The position numbers were made by a program, and so were the translations under genes. The notes below the pieces were generated by a model that did not search any database, was not told where the DNA came from, and saw only the letters and a list, made by a program, of their open reading frames with translations. Below are positions 11,571 to 24,516 of a DNA stretch of 64,000 bases, piece after piece. The DNA comes from Felis catus (taxonomy: Eukaryota): assembly GCF_018350175.1 (NCBI RefSeq), contig NC_058383.1:3782001-3846000 (forward strand), in the 5' to 3' direction. Within the stretch, counting starts at the first letter, position 1. Every line of letters starts with the position of its first letter.

Positions 11571-12064
11571 TTGATTTTATGCCCTGTTGCTTCAAAAAAA
11601 AGATTTGAGGAGGCTTGCAGAGGTTAGAAAGCCGACTTCCCCCGACTTACTTTTTTTTTGCCATTTTATCGGAAAGGCTCACCATTGCATTGCCGCTGCT
11701 GGTTGCTCTGTCAAAATTAGTTTGCCCACTTGAGCAACATCTATTCGATGCCTACTGTGTGCTGGACGTTGCTGCAGCCTTTAAGGTGCCTGGGTCACGT
11801 GTAGGGAAGAGGCAGCTCTAAAGCTGGTTAAGTTATCAGGGAAAGGCAGGAAGTACTTACCCTGAAGCTCAGGCTGATGATACTGTAACAAGTGGTTGGG
11901 GCGGGGTTCATGTGCAGAAACATGAGTTTATTTCAAATTTAGCTGAAACCAAGCATGGGCAGCGCCCCCTCCACAAAGAATGATAAAACAAACAGTATTC
12001 TTTCTTGTAAATCTCTTAGAGCCCACTGATGCTCAGAGAATGCTTTTGTTTATTTTTGCTGAAT

Positions 12065-12459
12065 TCTTTTATTATTATTTTAGAGAGCGTGAGCGGAGGA
12101 GAAGGTCAGAGAGAGAGAATCTCTCCACACCCATGGAGCTGGACGTGGGGCTCTATTCCATCGCCCTGGAATCATGACCCAAGCTGAAGTCAAGGATCCC
12201 ATGCTTAACTGACTGAGCCAGGCAGGTGCCCCTCTCTTCCCTGAGTAATTTTTTTAAAAAAATATATATTTTTTTTTGAGAGAGAGAAAACAGGTGAGTG
12301 GGGGAGGAGCAGAGAGAGGGAGACACAGAATCTGAAGCCGGTCCGGCTCAGAGCTGTCAGCACAGAGCCGGACATAGGGCTCGAACGCACGAACTCAGAG
12401 AACATGACCTGAGCCCAAGTCAGATGCCCCACCAGCGAAGCTACCCAGGTGCCCCCCCC
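12065..12459 (-). mobile_element. Two tandem antisense Can-SINEs (12065-12232 and about 12250-12459)
   Basis: Two SINE bodies each ending in caggtgcccc; agtaatt flanks the second. Confidence 0.88.
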
Positions 12460-12784
12460 CAGTAATTCTCAAACCCAAAGCCAGTCTCTAGTTGAAATTC
12501 ACCCATGATCTGTCAAACTGAGTTGCTTCCCAAAAAACTTGTCATTAAATGTAATTAATATGTGATACGAACTTTGAAGCCAAAAAGAATTTCATCAATG
12601 ACATGAGCAACTTCTTGGCCAAATTGGATCATGGTTTTCCCATAGGGCACAAATACAGTTTTTCCTCCGTGTTTTCTGCCGGTTACAATGTAAAGGATAC
12701 AGAGTTGACACATTTTGGTCAAAATCTTGGCAACATTTTAAATTAAACTACATTGTTAATTTTCTCCATTACTTTCTTAAGTCT

Positions 12785-12965
12785 AGACTAGAGGTTGGGA
12801 GATTTTTCCCGGAAGGGTCAAATGGGAAATATTTTAGGCTTTGCCAGACACATGTAGTGTCTGTCACATATTTTTTCTTTTGTTTTGTTTTTTTACCACC
12901 CTTTCAAAACATGAAAGTTGTTCTTAGCTCCAGCAAAGGGCAGATTCAACCTTCCAGCTCTGAAC
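12785..12965. mobile_element. MER58-like hAT DNA transposon
   Basis: aaatattttaggctttg...tctgtcacatattttttc...ttcttagctc. Confidence 0.65.
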
Positions 12966-12979
12966 TGTAGCATGTTCAG

Positions 12980-13295
12980 ATTTCCACAATATAAATGTTT
13001 CTCTGATGGCTGATTTCAAGCGGCCAATGTGGGGTGCCTGAACCAACATGGAGTGTCAGAATGAGGCTTGGGAACCCTCTTTCCAGCATATGGATCCAAT
13101 AAATGGAAGTAACCCAAGGCACGTAGGTCACGGTAGAATAATTGAGAAGTAACGTGTTTTGAGGCCTTGTTATCAAGAGTACTGGTTTCACTGTAAACTT
13201 CTATAATTTAATTTTTGATAATGTCTGTTTAACCGCAAGCCCACAGAATTCCTGAAAATTTAACATTTGATTCTCTTGCCCCAGCTCCGGCTCGC
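12980..13295 (-). mobile_element. MER63-like hAT-Blackjack DNA transposon
   Basis: The minus strand reads gagccgg...tgttaaattttcaggaatt...ttaaacag...aaaaattaaattata, as in the recalled MER63 consensus. Confidence 0.7.
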
Positions 13296-13429
13296 ACGGG
13301 TGTCACCTCCAAGTGGAGATGGGGTTGTGTAAGCTAGGCTTCTGGGTTGGTCCTGGATGTTCAGTTTCTTCCCCCGGGTTCCACTTAGACGCCCCCAAGG
13401 TGACCCCCGGCGAGTCAGTGCCCTGTATC

Positions 13430-13960
13430 ATCCCCTCCCCCTGAGTCTGAGCCCGACCCATCATGTGCTTCTGACCAGCAGAGTTTGCTGAGTGGGGTAA
13501 GCCCTCGTTCCCTTGACTGTGTCCCTTCACATGTGAAGGATGATGGATGTCACACCCATCACGCCCACGATCCCATGATGTCTGGAGACACAGTCTCCTG
13601 CCGGCCTTGCAGGAGCCACAGCCACGTGAACAGCCCTTGGAGAAGGCCCCGTGGCAGGTGACGGTGGGCCGCCTCCAGGACCTGAGGGTGGCCTCCAGCC
13701 AATCGCCACAAAGAAGCTGGGGCCCTCGGTCGTGTGCTCACGAGGACACGCGTGTGCCAGCAGCCTGAATGAGCCGGAAAGAGTGGAGCCTCCAGACGAG
13801 AGCAAAGCCCAGCCCCCACCTGGATTACGCGGGAGACCCTGAGCCGTCGGCTCTGCCCACCCCTGACTCCTGCCCTGGGGAACCTGAGGTAACCAACCTG
13901 TGCTTTGTCAGTTACTAAATGTGTGCTCGTTTGTTACACTGCATCAGAAAGTGACTATGT
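13430..13960 (+). mobile_element. MaLR solo LTR (MLT1E/F-like)
   Basis: aagaagctggggccctc...gccagcagcctgaatgagc...gagcctccaga...tttgttacactgca...aaagtgacta. Confidence 0.75.
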
Positions 13961-14254
13961 CATCATTCGCTACATTTATGCACCTTTTTGTGTATGTGTG
14001 AAATGTTACATTTCCCCATTTTAAAAACTTGGGGAGAAATGTAAACATTGCACAATGAAAGTAGCAGGCAAGTACTGTACTCCGTGTTGGCCCAGAATGC
14101 TCTCAGGTGGTGTCACTGTGAGGAAACTCGAGGTGGGTTTCCGTTTGGGATGGGTTCACCCCCCGACCCCCGCACCCCGCAATGACTCTGTCCTGAGTCC
14201 ACGAGCTGTGCGGTGGGTGTGAGGTCGGGAGCTAGACTCCTGTGCCTCATTTTC

Positions 14255-14479
14255 TTTTTAAAAAATTGTTTAATGTTTTTATTTATTTTTTGAGAGAGAG
14301 AGAGGCAGAATGTGAGCAGGGGAGGGGCAGAGAGAGAGAAAGAGACCCAGAATGTGAAGCAGGCTCCAGGCTCCGAGCTGTCAGCACAGAGCCCAACGCG
14401 GGGCTCGAACCCACGGACTGAGAGATCATGACCTGAGCCAAAGTCGGACACTCAGCCGACTGAGCCACCCAGGCGCCCC
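14255..14479 (-). mobile_element. Can-SINE
   Basis: Antisense SINE; TSD tcctgtgcctc(a/g)ttttc. Confidence 0.95.
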
Positions 14480-15289
14480 TCCTGTGCCTCGTTTTCACCT
14501 CTGTGCCAGAGCTTCCTGCCTACCTGTGTGTCCCAACAGGCCTCCCTGTCCTCTCCTTTCAAGTGGAGGTGACCACAGTACCTGCCTCATGGCACAGCTG
14601 CACAGGTCTCGGTGAGGCCGCCATTTTCAGTGGACCGTGTTAAGTGGCCATCATCCCTTGCTGCCCTCACCCACTACGGAGCCGTCAGGGGGCAGGGAGG
14701 GGGACCGACTCCAGCTGGGCACGGATGGGTCTACACCATGCATAGTGAGTGATTCAGGAACCCAAGTCAGTCACTGTCTACCATCCCCCAAGCCTTCCGG
14801 GAGAGGTCAGGTGTCTGTCTGATAGGAGTTTCCCCAAAAGGGTTCTTACCTCCTAAGCTACAGCCTCGAGAAGGGAAGGCCTTTCCCTCTCCAGACGCCA
14901 CGGGAGAGCGTGAGCTGTGGCGGCCGTGGGACTTGCCACAGGAGGAGCACAGATAGCATTGTCTGAGGCGGCTGGAACCATGGGGTCGAGCCACCCCGAA
15001 ATTCCCCCTATATCCAGATCCTGGTCATGTGGACGGACACACTGGGCATCGTTCAGACCATTCTGAGTTGAGCTTTCTGGTAGTTGACGGCTGAGCTCGC
15101 CTCCTGATTAGGTTGTCATGTAAAAGCTGTTGCATTGATGGGGGGGGGGGGTTGTGGACACGAGGGACAACGGACAGTGGATGCTGGGTTCTGTGTCTGC
15201 AGCTCTCCTGGAGTCGGGCAAGGTGGGCGGGGCCCGTTGGCTCCCATTTTGTCATAGCTAAATCCCCGTGAGGCGTTCTGCGTGCTGGC

Positions 15290-15415
15290 TACCATCTGCC
15301 AGCACCTTGACCTTGGACTCCCAGCCTCCAGAACCGTGAGAAATCAGCGTCTGTTGTCTGTCAGTGGTCCGGGCTGTGGTGTGCTCGTTACGGCAGCTGA
15401 GCTGACGAACACACT
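15290..15415 (+). mobile_element. MLT1-like LTR 3' fragment
   Basis: gccagcaccttgaccttggactcccagcctccagaaccgtgagaaat...gttacggcagc. Confidence 0.75.
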
Positions 15416-16654
15416 CCCCACACCTGCCCGCACGCTCCCTGGCCTCTGAGGCCTCGTCGGGAGGCACTTTTGTGCTAAAGAGAAGCCGCCGTCGGGCACG
15501 CTAGCATCGGCGGCCTGCGCGGGGTGGGGGCCCCACCTGCTCAGAGCTGGCAGAGGCTTCTCGAATGCTGAGCGCCTGACTCTGGGATCCGCACGGGATG
15601 CTGCCGTCCTGCCCACCCCTCGGCAGTTGTTAGAACGAAGGTGGGGATTCTGGGCTCTGACAACCCCGTTGCCCCTCACTCCGATGTGACCACAACTACC
15701 CGCTCATGCCCCCGTTCACGCTCACGGGCAAACGCACACAAGGAAGCATCGAGCCAGCGTGGGACCCGCACCGGCCACGGTTTCCGGGCCTGGGCCTCCC
15801 GGCTGTTGCTCCGCTTCCTGCTTTAATTCCGCTGGGCCTCGTCCCCGTCCTCCCACTTCTCCTACAGTCAGAGGAGGCTGGTCCCCAGTCCCAGGCCCGC
15901 ACACTTCCCCCAGCCACAGACGCCCAAAGGCCCGGCCATCTTGCCGCCTCCGCCGAGGAGCCCTCCCGCACCCCTGCCCCGCGAGCCTGCGTGCCACCAT
16001 CACCATCACCGCCCTTGTGCCTTTGCCCTTCTCTTGCCTGCGGGAGCTCACAAAAGAGAGCAGGGTCTCTGGGCCCCGGCCCAGCCTGAGCGCTTCGTGA
16101 GGCCCGGGTCCCCCCTTTGCCTGCCAGACTTGACCCCCCTCCCCAGAGGAGAAAGCTCCTACTAATCACCCTGCCCAGGACGCAGACAGATGAATCTTCC
16201 CAGACCGGCGTGGGGGCTCGAGGTTGGCCTGGCAGGGACAAAACCGAGCAGGCCTGAGGACCGGACTCCCGGCGGACAGCCGTTCTCGGCTTTATCGGCC
16301 GCTTTTTCTGCCAAACAAAGGCCCTGCCCGCCCTGGGAGCCCACGCTGCCGCTCTATTGAAATCTCGAGGTGGTTCCCTATTAATCACTCCCTCTGGTGC
16401 CTCAGAGGCCAAAAAGACTCAAACAAAACCTCTTTTCTAAGCAGGAGGAGCTTTCCAGAGGCCTGAGCAGAAAGATTCCCCAACTCCTCTCCAGTATGAC
16501 ACTAACAAGATGCTGGGGCCTCTGGGACTCACACAAACAAGAATAGCTGGGCGGGGGGCGGATTTGGAATGTGACCAGTCCGTCTGTGTGCTCCACAGAC
16601 AAGGCAGGGGTGGTGAGTAAGGGGTCTCGCCCGCATATGGCCCCTTCCTTGTTT

Positions 16655-17122
16655 TATTTACTTTTTTATTACTTAAAAAAAAAATTTTTTTTATTTTTTT
16701 TTTCAACGTTTATTTATTTTTGGGACAGAGAGAGACAGAGCATGAACGGGGGAGGGGCAGAGAGAGAGGGAGACACAGAATCAGAAACAGGCTCCAGGCT
16801 CTGAGCCATCAGCCCAGAGCCTGACGCGGGGCTCGAACTCATGGACCGCGAGATCGTGACCTGGCTGAAGTCGGACGCTTAACCGACTGCGCCACCCAGG
16901 CACCCCCAAAAAATTTTTTAACATGTATTTATTTTTGAAAGACAGAGACAGACCACGAGTGGGGGAGAGGCAGAGAGAGAGAGGGAGACACAGAACCCGA
17001 AGCAGGCTCCAGGCTCTGAGCTGTCAGCACAGAGCCCGACGCGGGGCTCGAACCCATGAACCATGAGATCATGACCTGAGTGGAAGTCAGACGCTTAACC
17101 GACTGAGCCACCCAGGCGCCCC
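16655..17122 (-). mobile_element. Nested Can-SINEs: a young SINEC_Fc (about 16690-16906) inserted in the A-tail of an older copy
   Basis: Outer TSD ttccttgttt near 16645 and 17123; the inner element is flanked by aaaaaatttttt. Confidence 0.92.
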
Positions 17123-17789
17123 TTCCTTGTTTATTTTAAAAAGCAAAAAAGACCCAATTAAATGATTTTTTTTGAAAGCAGACACATACGAAAAAGATGA
17201 GAAAGAGAAAAAAAATCCCATTTTACTCCAGCCTCTGACACAACCTTGACTCTTAACTCCTGTGTCTCTCTTTTTTTCTGATGTTGCCACTCTGCATTAA
17301 CCAATAACTAATCTTGCATTTAAGCATCATTCTGTAAGTGTGAGTTTGGCTTGTTTTTTTGAACAGAAACACCAAGCCATCATTCCCCAAGACAAGCCCT
17401 CATTTCCTGGGGACCAAGCCTGATATCCGCGGGCCTGCCTTTTGGACTGTCCTGTTGCAGAGAGAAACAGCCTCTTTGTCCCGATATTGTGGCCCCTATC
17501 AGGATGGGGAGCGGCCTCTATGCCTCTGAACGGAAGCACATTCCTTTCCATAAAGATTTAATTTAAAAAAAAGGGGGAAAAAGCTGGCTCGGAGAACATT
17601 TGAGGGCCATCCGTTCCCATGAGGGCAGAAGTGTATCAAAACAATCACATCCTCTTAGCTTGGGAAGTCAGATGGATAAAGATGCAATTCATTGTAAAGG
17701 CCTCAACACGGGAGGTATACTTCAAAACACAAAATCTGGCATGTTTTGGATACAGCATTAGTCCCATGAATCTAAAACAGGTATGGCAT

Positions 17790-18000
17790 GGGGCACCTGG
17801 GGGGCTCGGTCGGTTAAGCGTCCGACTTCAGCTCAGGTCATGATCTCACGGTCCGTGAGTTCGAGCCCCACATCGGGCTCTGTGCTGACAGCTCAGAGCC
17901 TGCAGCCTGCTTCGGATTCTGTGTCTCCTCTCTCTCTGCCCCTCCCCTGCTTGCTTTCTCTCTCTCTCTCTCAAAAAATAAACATTAAAAAAATTTTTTT
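17790..18000 (+). mobile_element. Can-SINE
   Basis: TSD aacaggtatggc at 17776-17787 and 18001-18012. Confidence 0.95.
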
Positions 18001-18574
18001 AACAGGTATGGCGCAGACAACGGGAAGGATGGGAGACACATAGCATCATCACACTGGGAGATCAATATGACGTCTCAACCCAAGAGGGCAGATGCTCTTC
18101 TTGCCGAAATAATAAACCTGAGAAACAGATGATGTGGCTTGATCTGTGACCAACCAGGCCTGATCACTCCTCGAAGGTTAACAGAATAAAATGACTGGAA
18201 ATTAGTCATTTGGCCTAATACATACTGTCAAATAGCAGGGAAATCCTACGAGGACAGTGAAAAAAAAATACTTCTGCAGCCTTGCCATTGTGAGTTTGGT
18301 TGGGTTTTTTTATTAAAAAATTGACACTCTTAATAGGAGAGATGATTAGGATAATGGTTCTTCAGTGCTTCCTAAGGATCCATCACACCAGTGAAGGGAG
18401 GAAATTTAAGGTACAGCTGGGTACCTTACTGTACCTTACTATTAGCTCACTATTATTCCAGGAAGGGCTCAGGCGCTCAATGGCTTATCTTTTTGAAAAA
18501 TGTCACTAATAATCGGAAAGTTTTGTGTTTTGCTTTATGGTTTACAGCACACATCAACACACAGGGTTCCCCTG

Positions 18575-18575
<1 letters not shown>

Positions 18576-18623
<48 letters not shown>
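18576..18623. repeat. (CA)24 microsatellite
   Basis: Perfect dinucleotide run. Confidence 0.97.
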
Positions 18624-18626
<3 letters not shown>

Positions 18627-19609
18627 CAGAGACGTTCCTCCCACCCCGTCCTTGACACAGGCTTTCTTTTCCCCAAACTGAAGAAGAGATCAGAAGGAGG
18701 CTAAGCCTTTGGCTTAACTTCACAATCCAACAAGTGGATACGTGAGTAATGCTGGCACTTAGCTTCTCATCTCCCCGTTTCCTCCCCACCACCCACACCC
18801 CTGTGATAGTCATTCCAAAGCACAAAGTGATGGTGTTTTGCAGAGTGATTGATCAGTGTGTGTGCTAGGCAGTTATTAAAATGATGTCGACTGAGGACTT
18901 TTAAGAACGGGGAAATACCATACAAAGTAACGTGACATGAAAAAGGTAAGATACGAGATAGAGTGTGAGCGTGTGTGTGCGTGTGTGCCTATGTTCTCAG
19001 GGAAATGCCCCAAACTATTGAAAGTAGTCAGTGGTGAGATTAGGCACACGACTAGTTTCTTTTTTATAAGTATTTCCTGATTTTCTACAATGAACATATA
19101 TTGCATTTCAAATCAGGGAAAGTGTCATTTTTAAAAATGAAATTTAGCAGAAACTGGATTGGCTCTCCGATGTGCTTTTTCTCGCGTATGCCGCCTTTTT
19201 CTGCTGATTGATTTCTGTGGCCCTTTTAAGTCCCCTTTATTCCATTCTTGCTGTGCTAGTTTGTTGCTTGGTAACCATCATTTTCACTGATTGCCTGTTT
19301 CTCATTGGTACTCTCTAGTGATGCCACATTGCGGAGCGATCCCCTGTGAAGTGACTTCCGTCCAGGGCCACAAAACAAAACCATCTAACCTTAATCATCA
19401 CACCTTCCACCTTACGAGACGTGAGTACCACTGCCGGCTCCCCAAAACGTTGGGTTTCATAAATGTCCCAGAAAGAATTAACATGGTGAAGATTCGAGGG
19501 GCCTACTTTTTGCTTCCACACGCAGCTGTGAGAATCTCTCCTTTTACCTGTCCTTCCACGCTGCCGGTCCTCACCGTCGGCCCTGTGCCCTGTTGTGGCA
19601 GGTGCATTT

Positions 19610-20140
19610 TTGCTGCCTAGCTAGAAGCCCCCGCCCACCCTTCTCTTCCTGCAGAGAGATCCCAGATTTTGTCCAGATACATACTTGCTATCTGCTGCAG
19701 GAGAAGTGGGGCCCAGCTCTTAAGAGAGGATCACGACTAAGCTAGGAAGGGTGTGGTGGTCCCACGTCCCCCATGGCTTAGGCACAGGTGGGGAGTGTAA
19801 TTTGGGCCGACAAGACATGAAGGGAAGTGGGCTGGAGTCTTTGTTCCTAAAGAGAGACGCATGAAGCAAAAATGGTCTCTGGATCCTGGTTTGGGAAGAC
19901 GGGGCCCAAGGCCCCTTCAGGCACTCGAAAGTGCAAGAATCAATACCTCAAGGACACAGGTGCCACATGGTGGAGAGAAATGGAGTCCTTGATGGCACCA
20001 CGGAGTCACTGAATCCACACATCCTAGGCCTGTCCTTTCTCCTAAGTTCTTACACGTGAGGTCATAAATCCCCTCTGTGTCAGAGCCACACTGGGTTGGC
20101 TTCTCTGTTATTTGCAGTTAAAACCTGCTAACTGAGCCAG
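19610..20140 (+). mobile_element. Old MaLR LTR (MLT1J-like)
   Basis: cccagattttgtccag...gtccttgatggcacc...gggttggcttctctgttatttgcag. Confidence 0.55.
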
Positions 20141-20319
20141 TGCCGAAGTTAGACGTGTTTGCATGATGTGAACCTCCCCCTCGTCTCCGTAGGGTGGCCC
20201 TCGTGTTGTGGATTATCCAGAGAACTCACAGTTTACACTGAGCCTGGTACAGTTACTACTGCCCTATTTTACTCTCCAAAATGTCCCAGTTTCAGATGAT
20301 CAATTATATGGTCATTGTT

Positions 20320-20615
20320 CTGGGTCAGCCTGTGTCCCTGCAGTAGTCACATGTTGAAACCCTGCCCCTAGTCCCTCCAAATGTGACCTTACTTGAAAAT
20401 AGGGTCATTGCAGATGTCATTCATTAAAGTGAAACCATACTGGAGTAGGTGGCCACTAATCCAAAGTGACTGGGGTTCTCATAAAAAGGGGGATGGCCCT
20501 GCTGATACCTCGATCTCAGACTTCTGGCCTCCAGACTGAGAGACGATGCATTTCTGTGGATTAAGCCACTTGGTTTGTGGTACTTTGTTACAGCAACCCC
20601 AGCGTTCTCATGCAG
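20320..20615 (+). mobile_element. MaLR solo LTR (MLT1B/C-like), internally deleted
   Basis: aatgtgaccttacttgaaaatagggtcattgcagatgt...cagacttctggcctccaga...ttaagccacttggtttgtggtactttgttacagca. Confidence 0.85.
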
Positions 20616-20899
20616 TCATCCTACCCACTGGCTCTGTCTGAAGAGGAAGGAATCACTCTGGCTGCCAGTGATCTGAGGTGTCGGCATTTGAGGGCAGCCT
20701 TGCAGGAAACGTGAGATGTCAACAGGCAGGGATGGTGTGTGGAGAGGGGGCATGAAATGTGTGAGCCAGGGCAAAATTACAGACAACTCTTAAGGCATCC
20801 TGACCCTATGAAATGGGGGCAAGGGAACAGTCCGACCCAAGGCACCTAAAGCTTCTCTGAGAGGAGGAATTCTGCTATAGGGAAGCAGCAGAGGAGGGA

Positions 20900-22440
20900 T
20901 GGCATCCCATACTGTGTAGTCTTGATCTAAGTATACACAAATACATAGAGGAGACACCAGAATGCTCAGCAACAGATCTGTGTACATGTGAGCACTCAGT
21001 GTGTGACAGAGTGGCCCTGCAGAGCTGTTGGGGGAAAGACGTAGTTTTCAACCAATGATACCAAGAAAATTATGTACGTACACATCTGTCAAAGAAATGG
21101 AACCCCTACCTCACATCGTATGCAAAAAGTCAATTCCAGGTGGATCAAAGAATTAAATGTGAAAGGCAGAGCTACAATCTTTTAGAAGACACTGTAGGAG
21201 AACATCTTCATGACTGAGGGGTAGGGAATAACTTCTTGAACAAGTCATTGAAAGCACCAATCATAAATGAAAACAGGGGCAAGCCGGACTAAATTAAAAT
21301 CAAGAAGCTGTTCCTCAAAGTGTAGCAACAGCTTTGCTCAGACTGGAAGGAGATAACCTGCACAGGAATAACCAACCAAGACCCATTTTCCAAATATTTA
21401 AAGATCTTCAAACCAATGAGGAAAAAACAAAACAAACAAACAAAACAAAACAAAAACAGATGACCCAAGAGAGAAATGGGTAAAAAACTGAAACAGGCAC
21501 TGCATGGAAGGGCCTATCTGGATGGCCAGGAAAGGTTCAACCTCATCAGAAGTCACACAAAACTATTAAAACTATGTCACACACTATTAAAACTATGATG
21601 AGGCAGCTTCATAGCTTCCAGGCTGACAATTTAAGAGTCTGACCGAGCCAAGTGATGGCAAAAATATGGAGCAAGGGGGGCTGAAATACACCGTAAGCAG
21701 AAGTGCAGATTGGGACAAAGGCTTTGGAAAATAGTTTGACATTATCTAGGAGATCTGAAGTTTGCCTATCCTGTGACTCCAAGTGTACTTCTAGATATAT
21801 AACCGAGAACAGAGGTTCTCATGTGTCCAAATCTCCTGGGGGGCTTCTGGGCCCCATTCCCAGAATGTGAGTCTGAGGGTCTGGGTGGACCCCCAGATCT
21901 GCATTCTAACAAGTCCACAGGTAATGCTGACACTGCTGATCCGGGAACCACACTTTGAGAAGCACCTGGAGAGATGTGCGTTCCTGTGCTCCGGGATATA
22001 CAGACAGGAAGTGTTCTTAGAGTAATTGCTGAAAATGTCCATCTACAGTTGAATGAACAAAGTATGGCATATTCATACAGGGGAAATGCTAGAAAGCATT
22101 GGAAATGAATGGACCACTTGCAAACTATGGACACATGGTCCAAACAATTTGATTGTAAAATGCCAGACACAGAAGGAAAACCTTACACAGGGGTGCCTGA
22201 GTGTCTCAGTGGGTTAAGCATCCGACTTGATCGTGAGTCAGGTCGTGATCTCGCAGTTCGTGCTGACAGCACAGAGCCTGCTTGGTATTCTCTCCCTCTC
22301 TCTCTCTGCATCTTCTCCCCCGACTCAAAATAAACAAGAAGGCCTATGCAGTATCATTCCAATCATAAAAAGCGTAAAAACAAATAAATGCAACCCATTA
22401 TTCAAGGTTGCACACATAACGTGATAAAACTCTAAGGGTA
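20900..22440 (+). mobile_element. Old LINE-1 (L1M) ORF2/3' fragment interrupted by a MER5A (about 21815-21965) and a Can-SINE (about 22190-22335)
   Basis: acccctacctcacatcgtatgcaaaaagtcaattccaggtggatcaaagaattaaatgtgaaa matches L1; tgctgatccgggaaccacactttgagaagca matches a MER5A end. Confidence 0.8.
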
Positions 22441-23994
22441 AGCGAGTCTGTCATCCTGAGCTCTGTGACCTCTGTTTGAGCACGTCAGCCACAGAACGTT
22501 GCGTGGCCACCCCTGGCCTCAAGGCAGGCTGAGACACGCTGTGTTTTAGCTGGGCTCCGTACCCTCCTGGGCAAAACCGGAGTTGTACTAACCAGAGGAA
22601 GTGCAGAATGGATATGGAGGAGGCTGCTAGGAGGCTCTGCCCTTTTAACTGCAGACGATAATCATTAACCACCCTGTGACACCGCCTGGGTCACACCCAC
22701 CAGAAGCCAGGACTCCTGACGGCGGTCACCTGCAGGACAAGCGCCCCCGCCTTCCTCGCTCGAACACGGCTTCACCTCCGGCATCCTACAGAGGAGAATG
22801 TTCTCCATCTTGTCACGTTTTGAATCTTCGATGGCTAATTACATTCTGTAGGGGAGGGACTGGGTGGTGAATCTGGCCCGCCCGTAGCGGGTCGCTGCTG
22901 GGTGACCACCGTCACCAAAGGGAAACACGGAGGTGTTACAGGAACTGCCATTGTCTTTCTGTGCTTAGGGGCAAGCATGACTGTTTCCAAGTCATGATTC
23001 CAAGGGAATCAGGGGTTTTTGGTTTCGAGAGAGGTTCAGGAATCTTGGGGGTCCTGTACTCTTTTTTTTTTTTTTAACCTTATATTTATTTGATCCTTTT
23101 CTCAGACGTTACTTATTTTCTTATTCTAGGTGGGTTGTAAATCTCCTTCAGGGCCTATATTTGCTGCTGTTGGCACGGTAAGAAAACGCTTGCCAGGGAG
23201 GATTTCAAACCTGGAAGCGAATGTGTCAGCTCACTTCAAACTCCACAGCTGGTTGCTCATTCTCTATGGCAGTGATAGACGTAAAAGCATGAGCAGCATT
23301 ATGTCTTATAGATTTCATCTCTTCGATCACCGTAAACTTCGTCAGACTCTCTCAGCCAGCTTGTTTTTTTCCTTTGAAGCCTTAACAGGATAAACCGTAG
23401 AGGGGAGATCCGATCGGCAGGTATTGCACAGCCGAGGGACGCCGGGCCGTGCACTTTTCACACGCATCTCGTGGCCTCCCCACACCACGTCATCCGCAAG
23501 GTACACGCACAAGAGAGGCTGCATTTCAGCTGCTTCCAATTACCGGAGCACCAACTGTGTCTAGCACAGCCACGCTTTTTTGTAAATGGCTGGGAGTTAG
23601 GCCAGAAGTTAGACTTCTCGAATTCCATTTCCTTCTCTAAGATACAAACGTCTTCACAGATGTGGGAAGCTGCGTTTGTTTCTCCCTTTTCTCCCGCTTC
23701 GCAACGGGGACGCGGTGCTGTGCGTGGGGGGAGGATGAGACCAGCAGCCCCCGCCCCCGTGGCGTGGAGTTGGTAAAGACCAGTTTCATTTAGTCTCACG
23801 GCCTTTGGTTCCGAGTCTTCCCGCGAGCAGACCTCCGGGGATCTCTGGTTGCGCTCCCACACTTGGGCCTGTGTTTTTAAACTTGAGTCCCGGTTATAAT
23901 TTTAGGTTGAAACAGGAGAAATTAGTGGCCGTTGAGCAGATTTGACGATTCTTGAGGGGCAGTAGGGCGCGTCAACCCAATGCTGAATAGCGTG

Positions 23995-24180
23995 ACTGGG
24001 ATGTCGCTTTCCTGCCGGGCGCTGCCCGGAGCCCTTTACACACATGACCCTCATTTAGTCCGGAGGTTTACAGGAAGTGGGGAAACTGAGGCATGGGGAG
24101 CCCCACGGTCACACAGGTAGTTAGTGCTGGAGTCACACCTGAAGCCTAAGGGGGTCTGGTTCCAGTGCCTGTCCCCACAC
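23995..24180 (-). mobile_element. MIR SINE
   Basis: tttacagg...gggaaactgaggca...ggtcacacagg. Confidence 0.65.
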
Positions 24181-24294
24181 CCACGGCGCCCGTGTGCCGT
24201 CGGCTCTGCTAACCTAGGGGCGGAAGCATATTGTCATCTGTGTGGGTGACAAAGCGTTTTGTAGGAAGGACTAAGTGAGAGCTTTTGCTCCTGT

Positions 24295-24516
24295 ATTTTA
24301 TTTTACTTGATTTTATTTTTTTTTAAGTTTTTATTTACTTTTTTTCTTGAGGTGGGGGGAGGGGCAAAGAGAGAGAGGAAGACACAGAATCTGAAGCAGG
24401 CTCCAGGCTCCGAGCTGTCAGCACAGAGCCCGACGCGGGGTGGAACTCACGGACCGCGAGATCATGACCTGAGCTGAAGTCGGACGCTTGGCCGACTGAG
24501 CCCCCCAGGCGCCCCC
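24295..24516 (-). mobile_element. Can-SINE
   Basis: Antisense SINE body with a T-rich tail. Confidence 0.92.

Noticed and set aside
10454..11608. 384-aa, 293-aa and overlapping ORFs in the upstream CpG island
   Set aside because: Arg/Pro/Gly/Ala-rich, open in several frames on both strands, non-ATG starts and no recognisable domain. This is expected from stop-codon scarcity in GC-rich DNA.
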